Assembly (NCBI GenBank): GCA_000002445.1
Contig: CP000071.1
Coordinates: forward strand, 1,056,001-1,120,000
Length of the DNA stretch: 64,000 bases
Origin: Trypanosoma brucei
Lineage: Eukaryota
Direction: 5' to 3'
Below the pieces are notes generated by a model. It saw only the letters and a program-made list of their open reading frames with translations, had not been told where the DNA came from and did not search any database. The first letter of the stretch is position 1, and each line of letters begins with the position of its first letter. Made by a program: the position numbers and the translations under genes. Of this stretch, positions 40,057 through 51,345 are shown in pieces.

Positions 40057-42966
40057 CTACTTTTTCGACTCTGGCGTAACAACAGCTTGTTTCAGGGACT
40101 CCATAAACTTGACAATGGAGGCATCGTCAGTATATATAACGTCCGACAAATCTGACACGCCGTTTCCACCACGAGCACCACTGTGGTGTGTTGTTGTGGG
40201 ATTCATCCTCGTTTTGATGTGCCGCGCTTCCGATCCGTTAGCGTCTGTTCGCGAGAACCTCGGATACGGGTAACGCATGTCAAGCAGCATGGTGGCCTCG
40301 TTTTCTACTGTTTCAAGCAGCTGTGCGAAGTGGGCGTATTCGGGGTTATCTTGGTACCTCGCTTGTATCCAAGCAAATATAACAGTTCCCCACATAATAT
40401 GAATGTTGAAGAAAGCATCCATCAAGAGGATGTTGTCTGGTCGCAGACTGCAGCTATCAAGTGGAACCGCTGTTGCTGTTGGTGTTTCCATATCGTACGA
40501 GTGCAGCGTCGGTTGGATCATTAAAACACAATTATCTACAGATTCCCGCATTAGCCAGTGTCGCTTGAATGTCGACTCATCGGGTGATATATTAAGGACC
40601 ATGAAGTACTCTGAACGACGCAAGTTAAACACAAACGAAGGAAATAAGGTGAAGCACGGACGAAGTCGCAGCGACTCCGGGGAGCCAGGTGTGAACGAAC
40701 CGTAGCGTCGCACAAACCGCACAAGCACTGTGTCCAACCATCTTTTTGCATCGTTCCACTTGCTTGGATGCTTTTCCAATATGCTTACTGTCATGCGGGC
40801 GAGTACTGTGGCCGCACATGTCTGATCGAATGTGTCGTATTCAGAAAAATACTGCGGGTTAGCCGTGCTCACTCCATCAGCTGTTATTGTAACGGGGGCA
40901 ATGGGAAGTGCCACACTTGTCACGCGGATACGGGATTCGCCGAGTGGGGTGGTGAAATGCGTCACAAATTGTATGAAACGGTTTTGCTGCTGTTGCGGCA
41001 TACCATCCACTTTATTTAGTGTCGCTGTGTCAAAAACCACAGTGTATGTGGTTCCCTGGTCTATAGTACTAACACGCCAGTCTGTTGTCCCACCGACTCC
41101 AATTTCAATGGGCGAGATGGAAGCGCGGTGGGCTTTCGTTCCCGATGTTTTTTCCGCAGCCACACAAGGCCCTAAAACTCCAGAGACGAGTGTGTCGGCA
41201 GATGTGTGCACATGGAGTTTCACACCAAAACCGCTGTTAGCCACTAGAGCACCGGGGGCAGAACCATCAATATCACCAGCACTGCTAATACCACTGCTTT
41301 CGACGCCTGGGGGGCGAAGGTCACAGAGGTCAAAATACCGCTGAAGGGAAATAGTGAACATTTGGTGGTCGAATGTGTCACCACAGATGAAGGTACCACC
41401 CGTTTGGTCCACTGCCTGTCGCATTTCCAGTATGCCTATTTGATCAAAACTCTCGGCAAATACGCTAAGGCTTGCGTTCACATCTAAAAGACGTAGTTGT
41501 ATTTCGTTGTAGAATTTGAAGGCAGCTTCGTAGTAGGGTGTCTCACCCTCGATAATATCACGATGAAACCTCATCATGCTCTCCTTTTCAATGCTAACGA
41601 CGGTGCCCGGACCACGAGTACAAGGACCTCCAGTAAAGAGCAGCACCCGACCCGCCTTCCGTACGGGTGCCACACCAGCTGGCGCAGCGCCCGACATCTC
41701 CTTCTTTACAGGGACTTCGGGCAGGGCTTCAAGCAGTCGCACAGCGGCACTCACCGCCGTCCCAGTTGCTCTCAGAGGACGTTTATTAACGGGTGTCACT
41801 CCATCGTGGCACTGAAGTCCTTCAATGCTTGTTGTTAGTGTAAATTCACACTCCTCCAGTGGTACCAGGAAACGACCGCGAGCTGGGAGGCCATCATTCA
41901 GCTGCAACATATTCCCGAGCTCCGCAGTGGTATAGGCTCGATCGCCCCGTATGCTGTAACATCGTGACAGGGACGAACCGCTCAGATCCCACACAGATAC
42001 GCGAGCCCCAAATGAAACGAGCCCAATGAGCGATTGTGGGGGAAGCCAGTTGAGGCAGCGTTGGATGTTACACTTAAGGGCCTCTAGCTCTTCGACTGCG
42101 ATGCAAGTGTCAATAATGAACACAAACGTCGGAGAAAAGCCGACACCTCTCGTTGCCTGAGCTGTTGTGGGTTGCTCTAGTGGTAAAATGTACTCCACAG
42201 TGTCATTGTGTAGTGCAGGGTGTTCAGGTCTGTAGTGGGGTGGCAGCTGGTTACGGCGTTGGCACGAAAAACACACCCAAAACTTCCCCTCTTCCCTATA
42301 GCAGTGGTGGCTCCAGAACGCCCCACAGTTTTGGCATTGTTGACCACATGCCGTGGGATCGCCAATAACCATACGAGATGCATCGATGGGAAACAAAGGA
42401 GTGTACATGCAAGCGAGGGGGATAACCATCTCTGGAAGTGTGAGGGCTGCAGCAGAGGGCGCTTCCTGCTTTCCGTCACGGGTATGGTTTGGGTATGTGC
42501 TCCAAGTCCACCTCAAACCATTCTCATCAGTGCATTCCGCTGCTGGTGGTGGTGGCGGTACGTGGGAAGCAGTTGTAGCGGATGCGCCACTACCCGTCGG
42601 TGCGACCGCTCCGCCAACATGGGAAGCAGCAGCCGCTCCTACTGCCGTTGGTGGGGCAAACATGTTGGTGTCATTAGTGTTGGCAGGGTTATGTATACCT
42701 TGCTGAGGTGCGTATTGCTGCTGCCACGGCGTCTGGTTGGCATTATAATTGTAATTATTCATTTGCTGCTGCAACTGTGTGTACTGGTTCGAATACGTAC
42801 CCTCAGCGGTACCGCCCCCGTATTGAGCATTGTGGCCCTCCATGAGAGTAGCTGGGTCCTGATACGACACATAACCCTGCTTAACATCCTGGGTAGGATA
42901 CAACCCTTGATAATCCGCTTGCCGCGGGTAACCTCCGTAGGATTGCTGTGGTACGTGTCCTTGCAT
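40057..42966 (-). CDS. SEC23: COPII coat subunit Sec23 with about 150-aa Q/N/Y/P-rich N-terminal extension (969 aa as longest ORF)
   Basis: Sec23 N-terminal signature GLRWTWSTYPN (compare GVRFTWNVFPS), IPLACMYTPLF, and zinc finger CQNCGAFWSHHCYREEGKFWVCFSCQRRNQLPPHY (compare W-C-x-I-C-x-S-R-N-x-LPPQY). These are followed by trunk, beta-barrel, helical and gelsolin-like regions. Residues 1-150 are prion-like (QQSYGGYPRQADYQGLYPTQ…QMNNYNYNANQTPWQQQYAPQQG). In-frame Mets at positions 42, 69 and 102 are possible alternative starts. Confidence 0.8.
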   Translation of the reverse strand: MQGHVPQQSYGGYPRQADYQGLYPTQDVKQGYVSYQDPATLMEGHNAQYGGGTAEGTYSNQYTQLQQQMNNYNYNANQTPWQQQYAPQQGIHNPANTNDTNMFAPPTAVGAAAASHVGGAVAPTGSGASATTASHVPPPPPAAECTDENGLRWTWSTYPNHTRDGKQEAPSAAALTLPEMVIPLACMYTPLFPIDASRMVIGDPTACGQQCQNCGAFWSHHCYREEGKFWVCFSCQRRNQLPPHYRPEHPALHNDTVEYILPLEQPTTAQATRGVGFSPTFVFIIDTCIAVEELEALKCNIQRCLNWLPPQSLIGLVSFGARVSVWDLSGSSLSRCYSIRGDRAYTTAELGNMLQLNDGLPARGRFLVPLEECEFTLTTSIEGLQCHDGVTPVNKRPLRATGTAVSAAVRLLEALPEVPVKKEMSGAAPAGVAPVRKAGRVLLFTGGPCTRGPGTVVSIEKESMMRFHRDIIEGETPYYEAAFKFYNEIQLRLLDVNASLSVFAESFDQIGILEMRQAVDQTGGTFICGDTFDHQMFTISLQRYFDLCDLRPPGVESSGISSAGDIDGSAPGALVANSGFGVKLHVHTSADTLVSGVLGPCVAAEKTSGTKAHRASISPIEIGVGGTTDWRVSTIDQGTTYTVVFDTATLNKVDGMPQQQQNRFIQFVTHFTTPLGESRIRVTSVALPIAPVTITADGVSTANPQYFSEYDTFDQTCAATVLARMTVSILEKHPSKWNDAKRWLDTVLVRFVRRYGSFTPGSPESLRLRPCFTLFPSFVFNLRRSEYFMVLNISPDESTFKRHWLMRESVDNCVLMIQPTLHSYDMETPTATAVPLDSCSLRPDNILLMDAFFNIHIMWGTVIFAWIQARYQDNPEYAHFAQLLETVENEATMLLDMRYPYPRFSRTDANGSEARHIKTRMNPTTTHHSGARGGNGVSDLSDVIYTDDASIVKFMESLKQAVVTPESKK

Positions 42967-44891
42967 ATCAATGGAACGGTAGCCCCTTCCCCTTCACTTC
43001 CTTTTTCCTTCAAATTCAAAAGCGAACAAATGGCACTTCAGCTAGTTGCCCTCTTCTGTGAACTCACGGGATACAAACAGCCTTCTCTCGCTTCTTATTT
43101 TTACCAGAGGGACAGCTAACACACTTGTCCTATTGGTGTTTACTAATTCTGCTGAATCCTTCCAAAAAGGCTAAATACTCACACGTTACTTCACGTGCCG
43201 CTTCCGTCGCTACACCTTGTAGGGGGCAGCGCTGCACGCTTAGTCAACTCCGAGAGTTACAAGAAAAAAAAAAGGCAGCACCTTACAGAAAAGGGAAGAA
43301 AATCGTTTTAGTTTCCGGTTCTCACGGGTAGGAATAAAACATTTCTCGGCCCCTCCTCTCACCTTGTTCGACACTCAACCTCAAGAACTGCCTTTTACGG
43401 GAAAGAACTTGTGGCGCTTAATATTTGTGTTTGCAACAAGAATCGAACCTGGAGATGAGTGCACCGTACTCCCTCCCCACCACCACGCGTTCGTTTCTAT
43501 GTATTTGTACTCCCCTGGTGTATTTGTCCCTCCGCGTCAGCTCGATTAGTGTGCTGGCTGAATTTGCTCAGTCTATCACCGCCCAACAAAAGAAAGAATA
43601 CCACAGAAGTATAACTTGGGGGAGGTCCAAACAGTGTAGAGCGACGCATCTTAGAGGTGAAGGAAGTAAACCACACCAATGGCAATAAGAGAAAGGTCGA
43701 AGAAAAAGAAACGACCACTTGTTCCATTTCCTCTGATTCCTGTGCCTAATGCTCCATACCCCTCCTCCAACCGTCTCGTCTTTTGAATTCTCCGTTCTCC
43801 TTTTCCCTCTTTGTTAAAACTCAGAAGAGACATGATCTAATTTTCGTGCGCCAAAGGCACTGCGCAGGACGGTGGCGCTGAAAAGTAATACAGCAACATC
43901 AAACACCAGCGACAAGAGCACCGCGATCTCTCATTTCCTGCTGAAGCTATTTTATTTCTTTTACCTTTTCCCTCACCATCCTGCCTTTGGGTGTGAAAGT
44001 GGTATCTACACCTCCCTTCACGCACTAAAGATAATAAAGCGAAATACAAAAGGCAGAAGGGAGGGGGAAAAAAAAAAAGGAACATTGGGCCTGTACAAAG
44101 CGTTTTTAAAACACACACATGCACAAATAAATGCATCTTCTGACGGAAGTGGCTGCATGGGCAAAGAGTGAGGGAGGGAGGGAAAGGTGAAAAGGAAAGG
44201 GGGGACGAAGAAGGGGCACGACGTAGCGCCAGCGGGAACTGGAAGCAGGAAAAAATTGATGGGAGGTAAGAGACGCAGGAGAATGTACGAAACAAAAGGA
44301 GAAAAACAGGAAACAAAACCAACATTATTCAGTTTTGTTTCCCTCCATTCTTCATACAATGCTCAAATAGTTTCCTTCCTTCCCATATACATGCTACCCC
44401 ACTCTGAGACGTCACGCCATACATCAACTTTCATTTCTATCACCATTCATATGTATGTGCGGTTTTGTCGACTGACAAAAACAAAAACAAGAGGAAAGCG
44501 CAGAAATCATAATTATTTTCCCATAATCCTCACTAAGCGAAAAATAAGGTAAACAAACAATCACCTTCAATTAAGATAATATCATATCTTCTATCAGTGT
44601 AGACCCTCTTACCATCTACATTTGACACAACGTCGGTGAATGGCCTTATCCACGCCTAAACCGTGCATTTCACCCACTAAAGTCACTACCCTCATGAAAC
44701 TACACGCGTATATATTCGCAGAGGCGTCCATAGTCAGGTGAGCGAAATGCACATAACCGATCCTTTTCGTGTCGCAGAGCCCCGCATGGTTCGGTTTTGG
44801 GAGCGCTTTGTGGAGGAAAGCAGCTGATCATATATAATCACGCACAAGCAGCAGTTTCCTCGCTCCAACCGTACCATACGCACACAAACCG

Positions 44892-46829
44892 TTAATCACG
44901 ACTTATAGCGAAACGTAACAACTCATCTCCTGACGAAACTACGACTACGTCCTGATCGTTCGAGCTCCCATTTCGTTTCGTGCCAACCACCTCACCGCCA
45001 CCGAACTCCACCACACGTTGCAGCATCGTTTTCACCACTCCTTCCGGCATTGTCAAAAGAAACCGTTGACATCTTAACGGTGGCGGGAAGTACCGGAGTC
45101 CGCCCTCAACTTCCTCATCCAACCAGAAACCGGCACCGAGTGAATCAAACACATATGACGGCTGAACTAACCATTTTGAGGACACAACACCGCACAACGC
45201 TTTCACGCTCCGTGGGGGACCACGGAGAACAATATGTGTTGTGTTCAGCGGAAGAATTTCATCTACCTTGTTATCAACAAGGACCGCGCGCTGACCGAGT
45301 TTCTGGATCGCCTCCATCACACTGTTCCGTTCCTTTTCTGTTAGACTCGTCGTAATAAAGTAACGTGGCTGCACTGCCCCTCGCTTCGGATCGACAGGAG
45401 AAGGGGAACGAGTGGACCCTCCAACAGCAGAGGAGGCACCGCTCACTGGGCGAAACGGTCGGCGGAGTCCACGACTACTTGGAGTTGCCATCAGTGCAGA
45501 ACCGCTCGATGATGCGACGGGGGAAAGACCTCCTGTGCGTTGACGGAGCGCTACCGCGCCAGATCTCGGCTGCATTTGAACACTTTCACTTCGTTGTTGC
45601 TGGAACTGTTGCCGACTGTTGCTCACAGCTTCCACTAGAGTGCACGCAGCCGATGTATAAGAGGTTTGTGCACGCAAGATGTTGGAACCAACCGCAGGTT
45701 GATACCCCATGCCGTCGAGGCACGTCTGTTGTGCCTCCGCCGTCGGCGAATTGAGTTCCTTCTTCACCACAGGAGAACCTTTTTTGACGTATTCATCCGT
45801 TTCGGAAATCCTGTCGGCTACAGTATAGCTGGGGGTGCGGGGATTCCGCTTCTTGAGGGGTCTGGTGGGAGTCGTGGAAACAGTGCCCTCGCGCTCTCGT
45901 TTCACTGAGTGACTGTTTTTAGTGGTGACTGGTGCGGACCTGTCGTCGCTGGTGGTGGCACTCATCCACGCATTCCCATCGGGGTGTGGAAGTGTGTACG
46001 GTTGATTCGGTCCACTACCAGATGATGTTGTGGTTAATCCTCTGGTGTGATTTACAGTATTAGAAAGCGGTTGCCCTGAGGTGGTAGATACGGAATTACC
46101 CCCGCCAACATTATTGGCACAAACAGCCGTCTGGTAGTTCCTAGCGGCAGTTACCAACTCCTGTGCACTTACCAACTTCCGCACTGCGGCTTCATGCGTC
46201 TGTGTGAGGGATTTTATCTTTAATTCATAGTTTTTTTTCATCTCATGAACCTCTAAGTTATGTTGAGTTGCGTGTTTCTCTAATGCGCTCTCTTTCTCCT
46301 CAACAACCCCCTGTAGATGTCCTATCGTTCGCTTAAGTCTCGCCACTTCCTCTTCAAGATCAAGGACACGCTGCGTATCGACGACGGGTTCACTCCTCTT
46401 CCCTTGTCTCCGGTGTGATTGCTTCTCTAGTTCTTTGTAGCGAGCCATGAGCCGCTCATAACGCTCAACAGAAACGACGCCATATTTCCCTACATCGCTT
46501 TTGCTGTCACCACGCGACTGTAAGTTACTGCTTTCAGACGCAGTTGCCACTGGTGAGGGCCAGCGAGTTTGCTGACGTGGGGGTTCAACATTTAAGCCAC
46601 CTGCCATGAGAGAAGATGCTGCTCCCATATCTGTTGTAGCCGTATTTTGCAGTGTGCGCGGCTGGGGGCATAACGCAGCAATTTGTTCTAGACCCACCCC
46701 TCCAGGGCGGGCACCAGTGGCACCATCACCATGTCCAGGTGACAGAAGTGCTAAAATTCCCTGCATCTGAGTAATCAGCTGGGGATTAGATGCGAGTTGC
46801 TGTAGCACAGACAGTGGATTGTCTCCCAT
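44892..46829 (-). CDS. coiled-coil + C-terminal BRCT-domain protein, hypothetical, 645 aa
   Basis: Central heptad-repeat region (ERYERLMARYKELEKQSHRR … LEEEVARLKRTIGHLQGVVEEKESALEKHATQHNLEVHEMKKNYELKIKSLTQTHEAAVRKL). The C-terminal about 95 aa match the BRCT fold pattern: PRYFITTSLTEKERNSVMEAIQKLGQRAVLVDNKVDEILPLNTTHIVLRGPPRSVKALCGVVSSKWLVQPSYVFDSLGAGFWLDEEVE (F-x-x-S/TG…GG…THLV…K…IV…W…S…G…L-E-Y). Confidence 0.7.
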   Translation of the reverse strand: MGDNPLSVLQQLASNPQLITQMQGILALLSPGHGDGATGARPGGVGLEQIAALCPQPRTLQNTATTDMGAASSLMAGGLNVEPPRQQTRWPSPVATASESSNLQSRGDSKSDVGKYGVVSVERYERLMARYKELEKQSHRRQGKRSEPVVDTQRVLDLEEEVARLKRTIGHLQGVVEEKESALEKHATQHNLEVHEMKKNYELKIKSLTQTHEAAVRKLVSAQELVTAARNYQTAVCANNVGGGNSVSTTSGQPLSNTVNHTRGLTTTSSGSGPNQPYTLPHPDGNAWMSATTSDDRSAPVTTKNSHSVKREREGTVSTTPTRPLKKRNPRTPSYTVADRISETDEYVKKGSPVVKKELNSPTAEAQQTCLDGMGYQPAVGSNILRAQTSYTSAACTLVEAVSNSRQQFQQQRSESVQMQPRSGAVALRQRTGGLSPVASSSGSALMATPSSRGLRRPFRPVSGASSAVGGSTRSPSPVDPKRGAVQPRYFITTSLTEKERNSVMEAIQKLGQRAVLVDNKVDEILPLNTTHIVLRGPPRSVKALCGVVSSKWLVQPSYVFDSLGAGFWLDEEVEGGLRYFPPPLRCQRFLLTMPEGVVKTMLQRVVEFGGGEVVGTKRNGSSNDQDVVVVSSGDELLRFAISRD

Positions 46830-48949
46830 CCTTATTCCTCTGATCTAGCCCCCTTTTGCTGTTGTGTAACTAAAATAGAAAGCGTAAGCAAAAAAAAAAG
46901 AAAATATTCGTCGAGATACTCACGTAAACACATGGATAAGAACAAGTGCAACTGATTTCACACATGGAAATATATGCGTACACACAGCAACCATATATTT
47001 CGCCCTTTGTGTTGTTTCCCCTCCCCTTCTCATCTAATGAGATGCCTTTGTTCTTTCCTCCTTCCTTCCCTTTGGAATCCCCTTTACGCCCATTCACCCA
47101 CGTGCGCACAAGGGTGCAAACTCGTGTTTATACACATATAGCCACATTATATGCGGTGTTTGGTATATAACATATACTCCCTGCTTATTCCTTTCTTTCA
47201 TCCACCCATTTAATTTCTCTTCGTCTTGGCAGGAATGCATATAAACATATATATATATATATATTTGAATGATGCTCAGTTAAATGCATGGAATAATAAG
47301 TACTTCATCCAACCTTCATCCACTACGGCTTCGGTTCGCGCTCGCCCACCAACAACTTTGTCCCCTTCTTTTTTGCTTCCTGTTTTGAAGGAAAAAAAGA
47401 GGCCCATGCCGTATAAATAAATAAACACCAGTAACATCCGAACGGTGTGGTGGGAACACCAAGAAAATAAACAAATAAACACGAGTGCGAAGAACAGCAA
47501 AAAAAGGGGAAAAAATAAATTAGTTGATAAATAAATATAACAAGAATGGAAAAGAGACCGACGCGTAAATGGATGAGGGAAGGAAAAGGAAAGGAAGATG
47601 TAACACTCAGTGGAATAAAGAAATCATTCCATACTCCCGGATCGCCACACGTAAATAAATTGAAGAACAAACAGTGCATAAAGAAGATAAGAACCCTTTG
47701 CTGAACGACAAGCAGCGGGGGAGGGGAGGGGGGCGGAATCGGAAATGCGGTGGTGGTACCAAACAGAGCCGCGGAGTTCGATAAAGCACCGAGTGAGTTA
47801 TTACCTTCACTTGGCCACTTGAGGCGACACTGTGGAGAGGGAAGCAAAAAAATCAGCAAAAAAGAAAGCGAAAGGAAGTGAAAGAAAGAAAAATTCATCG
47901 AACGGAAAAATAATTTTAATGACAATAATAACAATAACAATAATAATAATAATAATGACGAACACGCTTTCGGGTGAACAGGCGGAATGATTTGCGGGAA
48001 CGAAACGGGGGAGAGGGAAGAAATGGGACACTCCCCAACACAACATTAGATATTGTCTGACAAGAACGACAACAACAACAGCAGCAGCAAAGCACACACT
48101 CCGAGCCAACAGAAGAAAAAAGGGCGGGTGGAGGCCTAAAGATCGCATATGACGGGCGAACCAAAAACAACAACAACACAAAAATAAGATGGATCTCTAC
48201 AAAGAGACAACAAATGTGCTTGAGAAGTTGTACATTTGCATGTGTGACCCTCACAAGTAATCGAACAAGGGCAAAAATGAAGGGGTGGGGATGGAAACGT
48301 GGAAATGAGGCAACAGTGCCCCCCTACTAACAGAGGAGAAAAAAAAAAACGGCAACACATACGAATTTACATCGTTATGTGAACTCCTCCATCCCTTCCC
48401 TTTTTCGTTGAGTTCTGGAATCCGTCCACATAATTCCAGGGCCTCTGTTCCAAACCATACTTCTTGGTTAGATCCAAGACAAAGACAAAACAACGACAAA
48501 ATATCTGTCTTTTTTTTCTCCCTCCCCTCTTGCGTCGTTGACACGGTTACCATTCCTTCCCTCCATGAATACCTGCCCAGCCCCTGTACCTTCACTTTGC
48601 TTCTCAACAGTTCACAGCATCACTTGAACCAATACAAAATATGAGGGATCCCCTCACCCCTTCTCTTCTCCGTCCCTTTCACTGTCTCAGTCTACGCGAG
48701 TGTCAGCAGATTAGTCACAACATTTCCCACATATTCGATGTAAATGTGTGCTACATGCATATGCAATAAACAAACAAGTATATATAACACTGATTATGAA
48801 AACGTGAACAAACAAACTCACATACAGATATACATACATACACACACACACTTGTACTGCTAACGCTTCCTCACTTCCAAATCATCCATGATATCGTTCC
48901 TCAGTGCATATCTGCCGTTACCAAAGCCGTGTACCCCACTTTTAAACCT

Positions 48950-50263
48950 TCACCCCTTTACTGAACGCGCCAATTCCTCCGCCACGCTATCAATAAACAC
49001 TTCTGTTGTCTCGTAGTGAGACCGTTGCAGTGCTGCTGCCCCGTGCACGCAAAGCGCAAGGTCCTTCGTCATGTGCCCACCCTCGATGGTTTTGATCGTT
49101 GCCCTCTCGAGGGAGGAAGCAAACTCCACCAGTGGCGCATTCCCATCTAATTTCCCACGATGAGCTAATCCACGGGTCCATGCGAATATTGATGCAACAG
49201 AATTCGTGCTTGTTTCTTTCCCCTTTTGGTGCTCGCGATAGTGCCTTGTTACTGTCCCATGAGCTGCTTCCGACTCAATTGTTTTACCGTCCGGACATAA
49301 CAACACCGAAGTCATGAGACCCAATGAACCAAAGCCTTGCGCGACTATGTCACTTTGCACGTCGCCATCGTAGTTCTTACAGGCCCACACGAACCCACCG
49401 TTGCCCTTAATCATTTGTGCTACCTGATCGTCAATGAGTCGGTGCACATAAGTTAGATTCAGTCGCTCAAACTGTTCACGATATTTTGTGTCATACATGC
49501 GCTGGAACGTTTCAAGAAACAAACCGTCATACTTTTTGAGGATGGTGTTCTTCGTAGAGAGTACGAGGGGGTAGCGCCGCATGATGGCGTATTCGAAACA
49601 ACTCTCCGCAAACGCTTCAACACTCTCCCGTGTATTGTACATGGCAAGTCCGACACCCTCACCCTTAAAGTTGAATACCTCCAGCACTTGCGGCGACCCG
49701 CCATTAGCTGGTGTATGCACAAGTTCCAGACGACCGGGGGGGAAAAGAGATTCCGTTGCTTTGTACTGATCACCATATGCGTGACGACCAACAATAATCG
49801 GTTCACTCCACTGGGGCACCACGCGAGGGACGTTCTTCACAATGATTGGCTCACGAAACACCGTGCCACCAAGAATGTTACGAATTGTCCCGTTAGGACT
49901 CTTCCACATCTTCTTCAAGTTAAACTCCTTCACACGAGCCTCATCGGGAGTTATGGTCGCACATTTAATACCCACGTTATGTCGTTGTATGGCCTCCGCT
50001 GCCTGTTCAGTAACTTTATCATTACTTGCGTCCCTACTCGTAATACTGAGGTCGTAGTACTCAATAGGAACATCGACATGGGGTAAAATGAGTTTCTCCT
50101 TTATAAGTGCCCATATGATCCGTGTCATCTCATCACCATCCATGTCAACAACCGTCCCACTCACCTTAATGCGACCCAAGCTTGGACGTGTTGTAGACAC
50201 AAAGCGCGGTGTTAATGCACCTGCGTTCACAGAGGAAGCTGCACAGGCTACACGGCGGAACAT
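48950..50263 (-). CDS. IDH: NADP-dependent isocitrate dehydrogenase (eukaryotic dimeric type), mitochondrial precursor, 437 aa
   Basis: Full-length match to NADP-IDH: [40 protein letters not shown], and C-terminal [25 protein letters not shown]. The N-terminus [27 protein letters not shown] is an Arg/Ser-rich mitochondrial presequence. There is no C-terminal PTS1. Confidence 0.93.
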   Translation of the reverse strand: MFRRVACAASSVNAGALTPRFVSTTRPSLGRIKVSGTVVDMDGDEMTRIIWALIKEKLILPHVDVPIEYYDLSITSRDASNDKVTEQAAEAIQRHNVGIKCATITPDEARVKEFNLKKMWKSPNGTIRNILGGTVFREPIIVKNVPRVVPQWSEPIIVGRHAYGDQYKATESLFPPGRLELVHTPANGGSPQVLEVFNFKGEGVGLAMYNTRESVEAFAESCFEYAIMRRYPLVLSTKNTILKKYDGLFLETFQRMYDTKYREQFERLNLTYVHRLIDDQVAQMIKGNGGFVWACKNYDGDVQSDIVAQGFGSLGLMTSVLLCPDGKTIESEAAHGTVTRHYREHQKGKETSTNSVASIFAWTRGLAHRGKLDGNAPLVEFASSLERATIKTIEGGHMTKDLALCVHGAAALQRSHYETTEVFIDSVAEELARSVKG

Positions 50264-51345
50264 AGTTTACACTAACCCGTTCTGTGATCACTTTTCTTCT
50301 ATATGTTTTCCTTTTTTTTTTACTTTTTTTTTCTCCACTATCACTTCGTACACAACCAACCTCCTTCTTTTGTCCTTTTTTGAACTGTTCGTTTTGTGCT
50401 TGCTGTTCACTAAGAACGCAAGCTTCCTTATTTTTAGAGACCTTTTTTTTTCTTTGCTTCAGTTTCTGTGGGTATGCACGTCTCTCTGTGGAAAGTGGCT
50501 TTGTTAGTGAAGAAATACGTACTTGAAAGATATAATAGTGATAACAAAAAATGAAGGATAAAGGTAACGCATAATCCACTGATGAAAGTAGGTGGTAAAA
50601 GTAGAGTCGAAGAAAATAAGTCAACACACACACACACACACACAAACGAACAAACATATATATATATATATACAAAAGGAATGGGTGAGCACGTAATGGT
50701 CTCCTTCCTTTTCCTCTTTCCCCCGGTTCCATTCACACTCCTCCTCGCCTTCCCTCCTTCCTGTACATCACGTGCGGCAAGCAACATTTACAAACTCACC
50801 GACACACAAAAACACACACAATATTTAAAACCAAACAAAGTACAAGAGGCAAATCACACTATAAAAAGAGGGGGAGGAAAAGCAATTAGGAACAGGAATA
50901 GAAGAGAAGCTAATGTTCTTTTATTTATTCGATGCTCGGTTTGGAAAACATAGCATGGTCCAAGCAAACCATGCGTTCCCTACACTCATGAATAATAACG
51001 GGAACAACATATGTGGATGGATGACGAACCCGAAAGGAGGGGGAAAAAAAAAGACGAAAGAGAGAAAGAGTTCAACAAAACATTATTATTTTTCTCTTTT
51101 TTTTGGTTTTTTTTCCGCGGGTTAACTATGTAAATGACGTTTCCATTTCATACAGCAACATAAATCAAAACACAAGACAACACACACACACGGAACCTAG
51201 TATATAACTGTACACGCAACACATCTCTTTATTTTTGCTCGTTTGCTAATTATTTTCCACTCTGACCTTTGCAGGCCGCCGCTACGCACGACGCCACATT
51301 AAACCCGAATAATAAAGAAGGCATCCATTCTGAAACACGGTAACC

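Noticed and set aside
42220-43119. 299-aa plus-strand ORF
   Set aside because: Lies antisense inside the Sec23 CDS. Low-complexity composition (W/C/R-rich) and no polyY or start context. Antisense ORFs are expected by chance in GC-biased coding DNA.
43425-43475. tRNA-like T-loop motif (minus-strand GGTTCGATTC, plus aatcgaacc at 43439-43447)
   Set aside because: Only a T-arm-like stem (4/5 bp) could be drawn. No complementary 7-bp acceptor stem, no D-arm GG, and no anticodon stem at the expected spacing. Probably a chance match or a decayed fragment. tRNAscan-SE would settle it.
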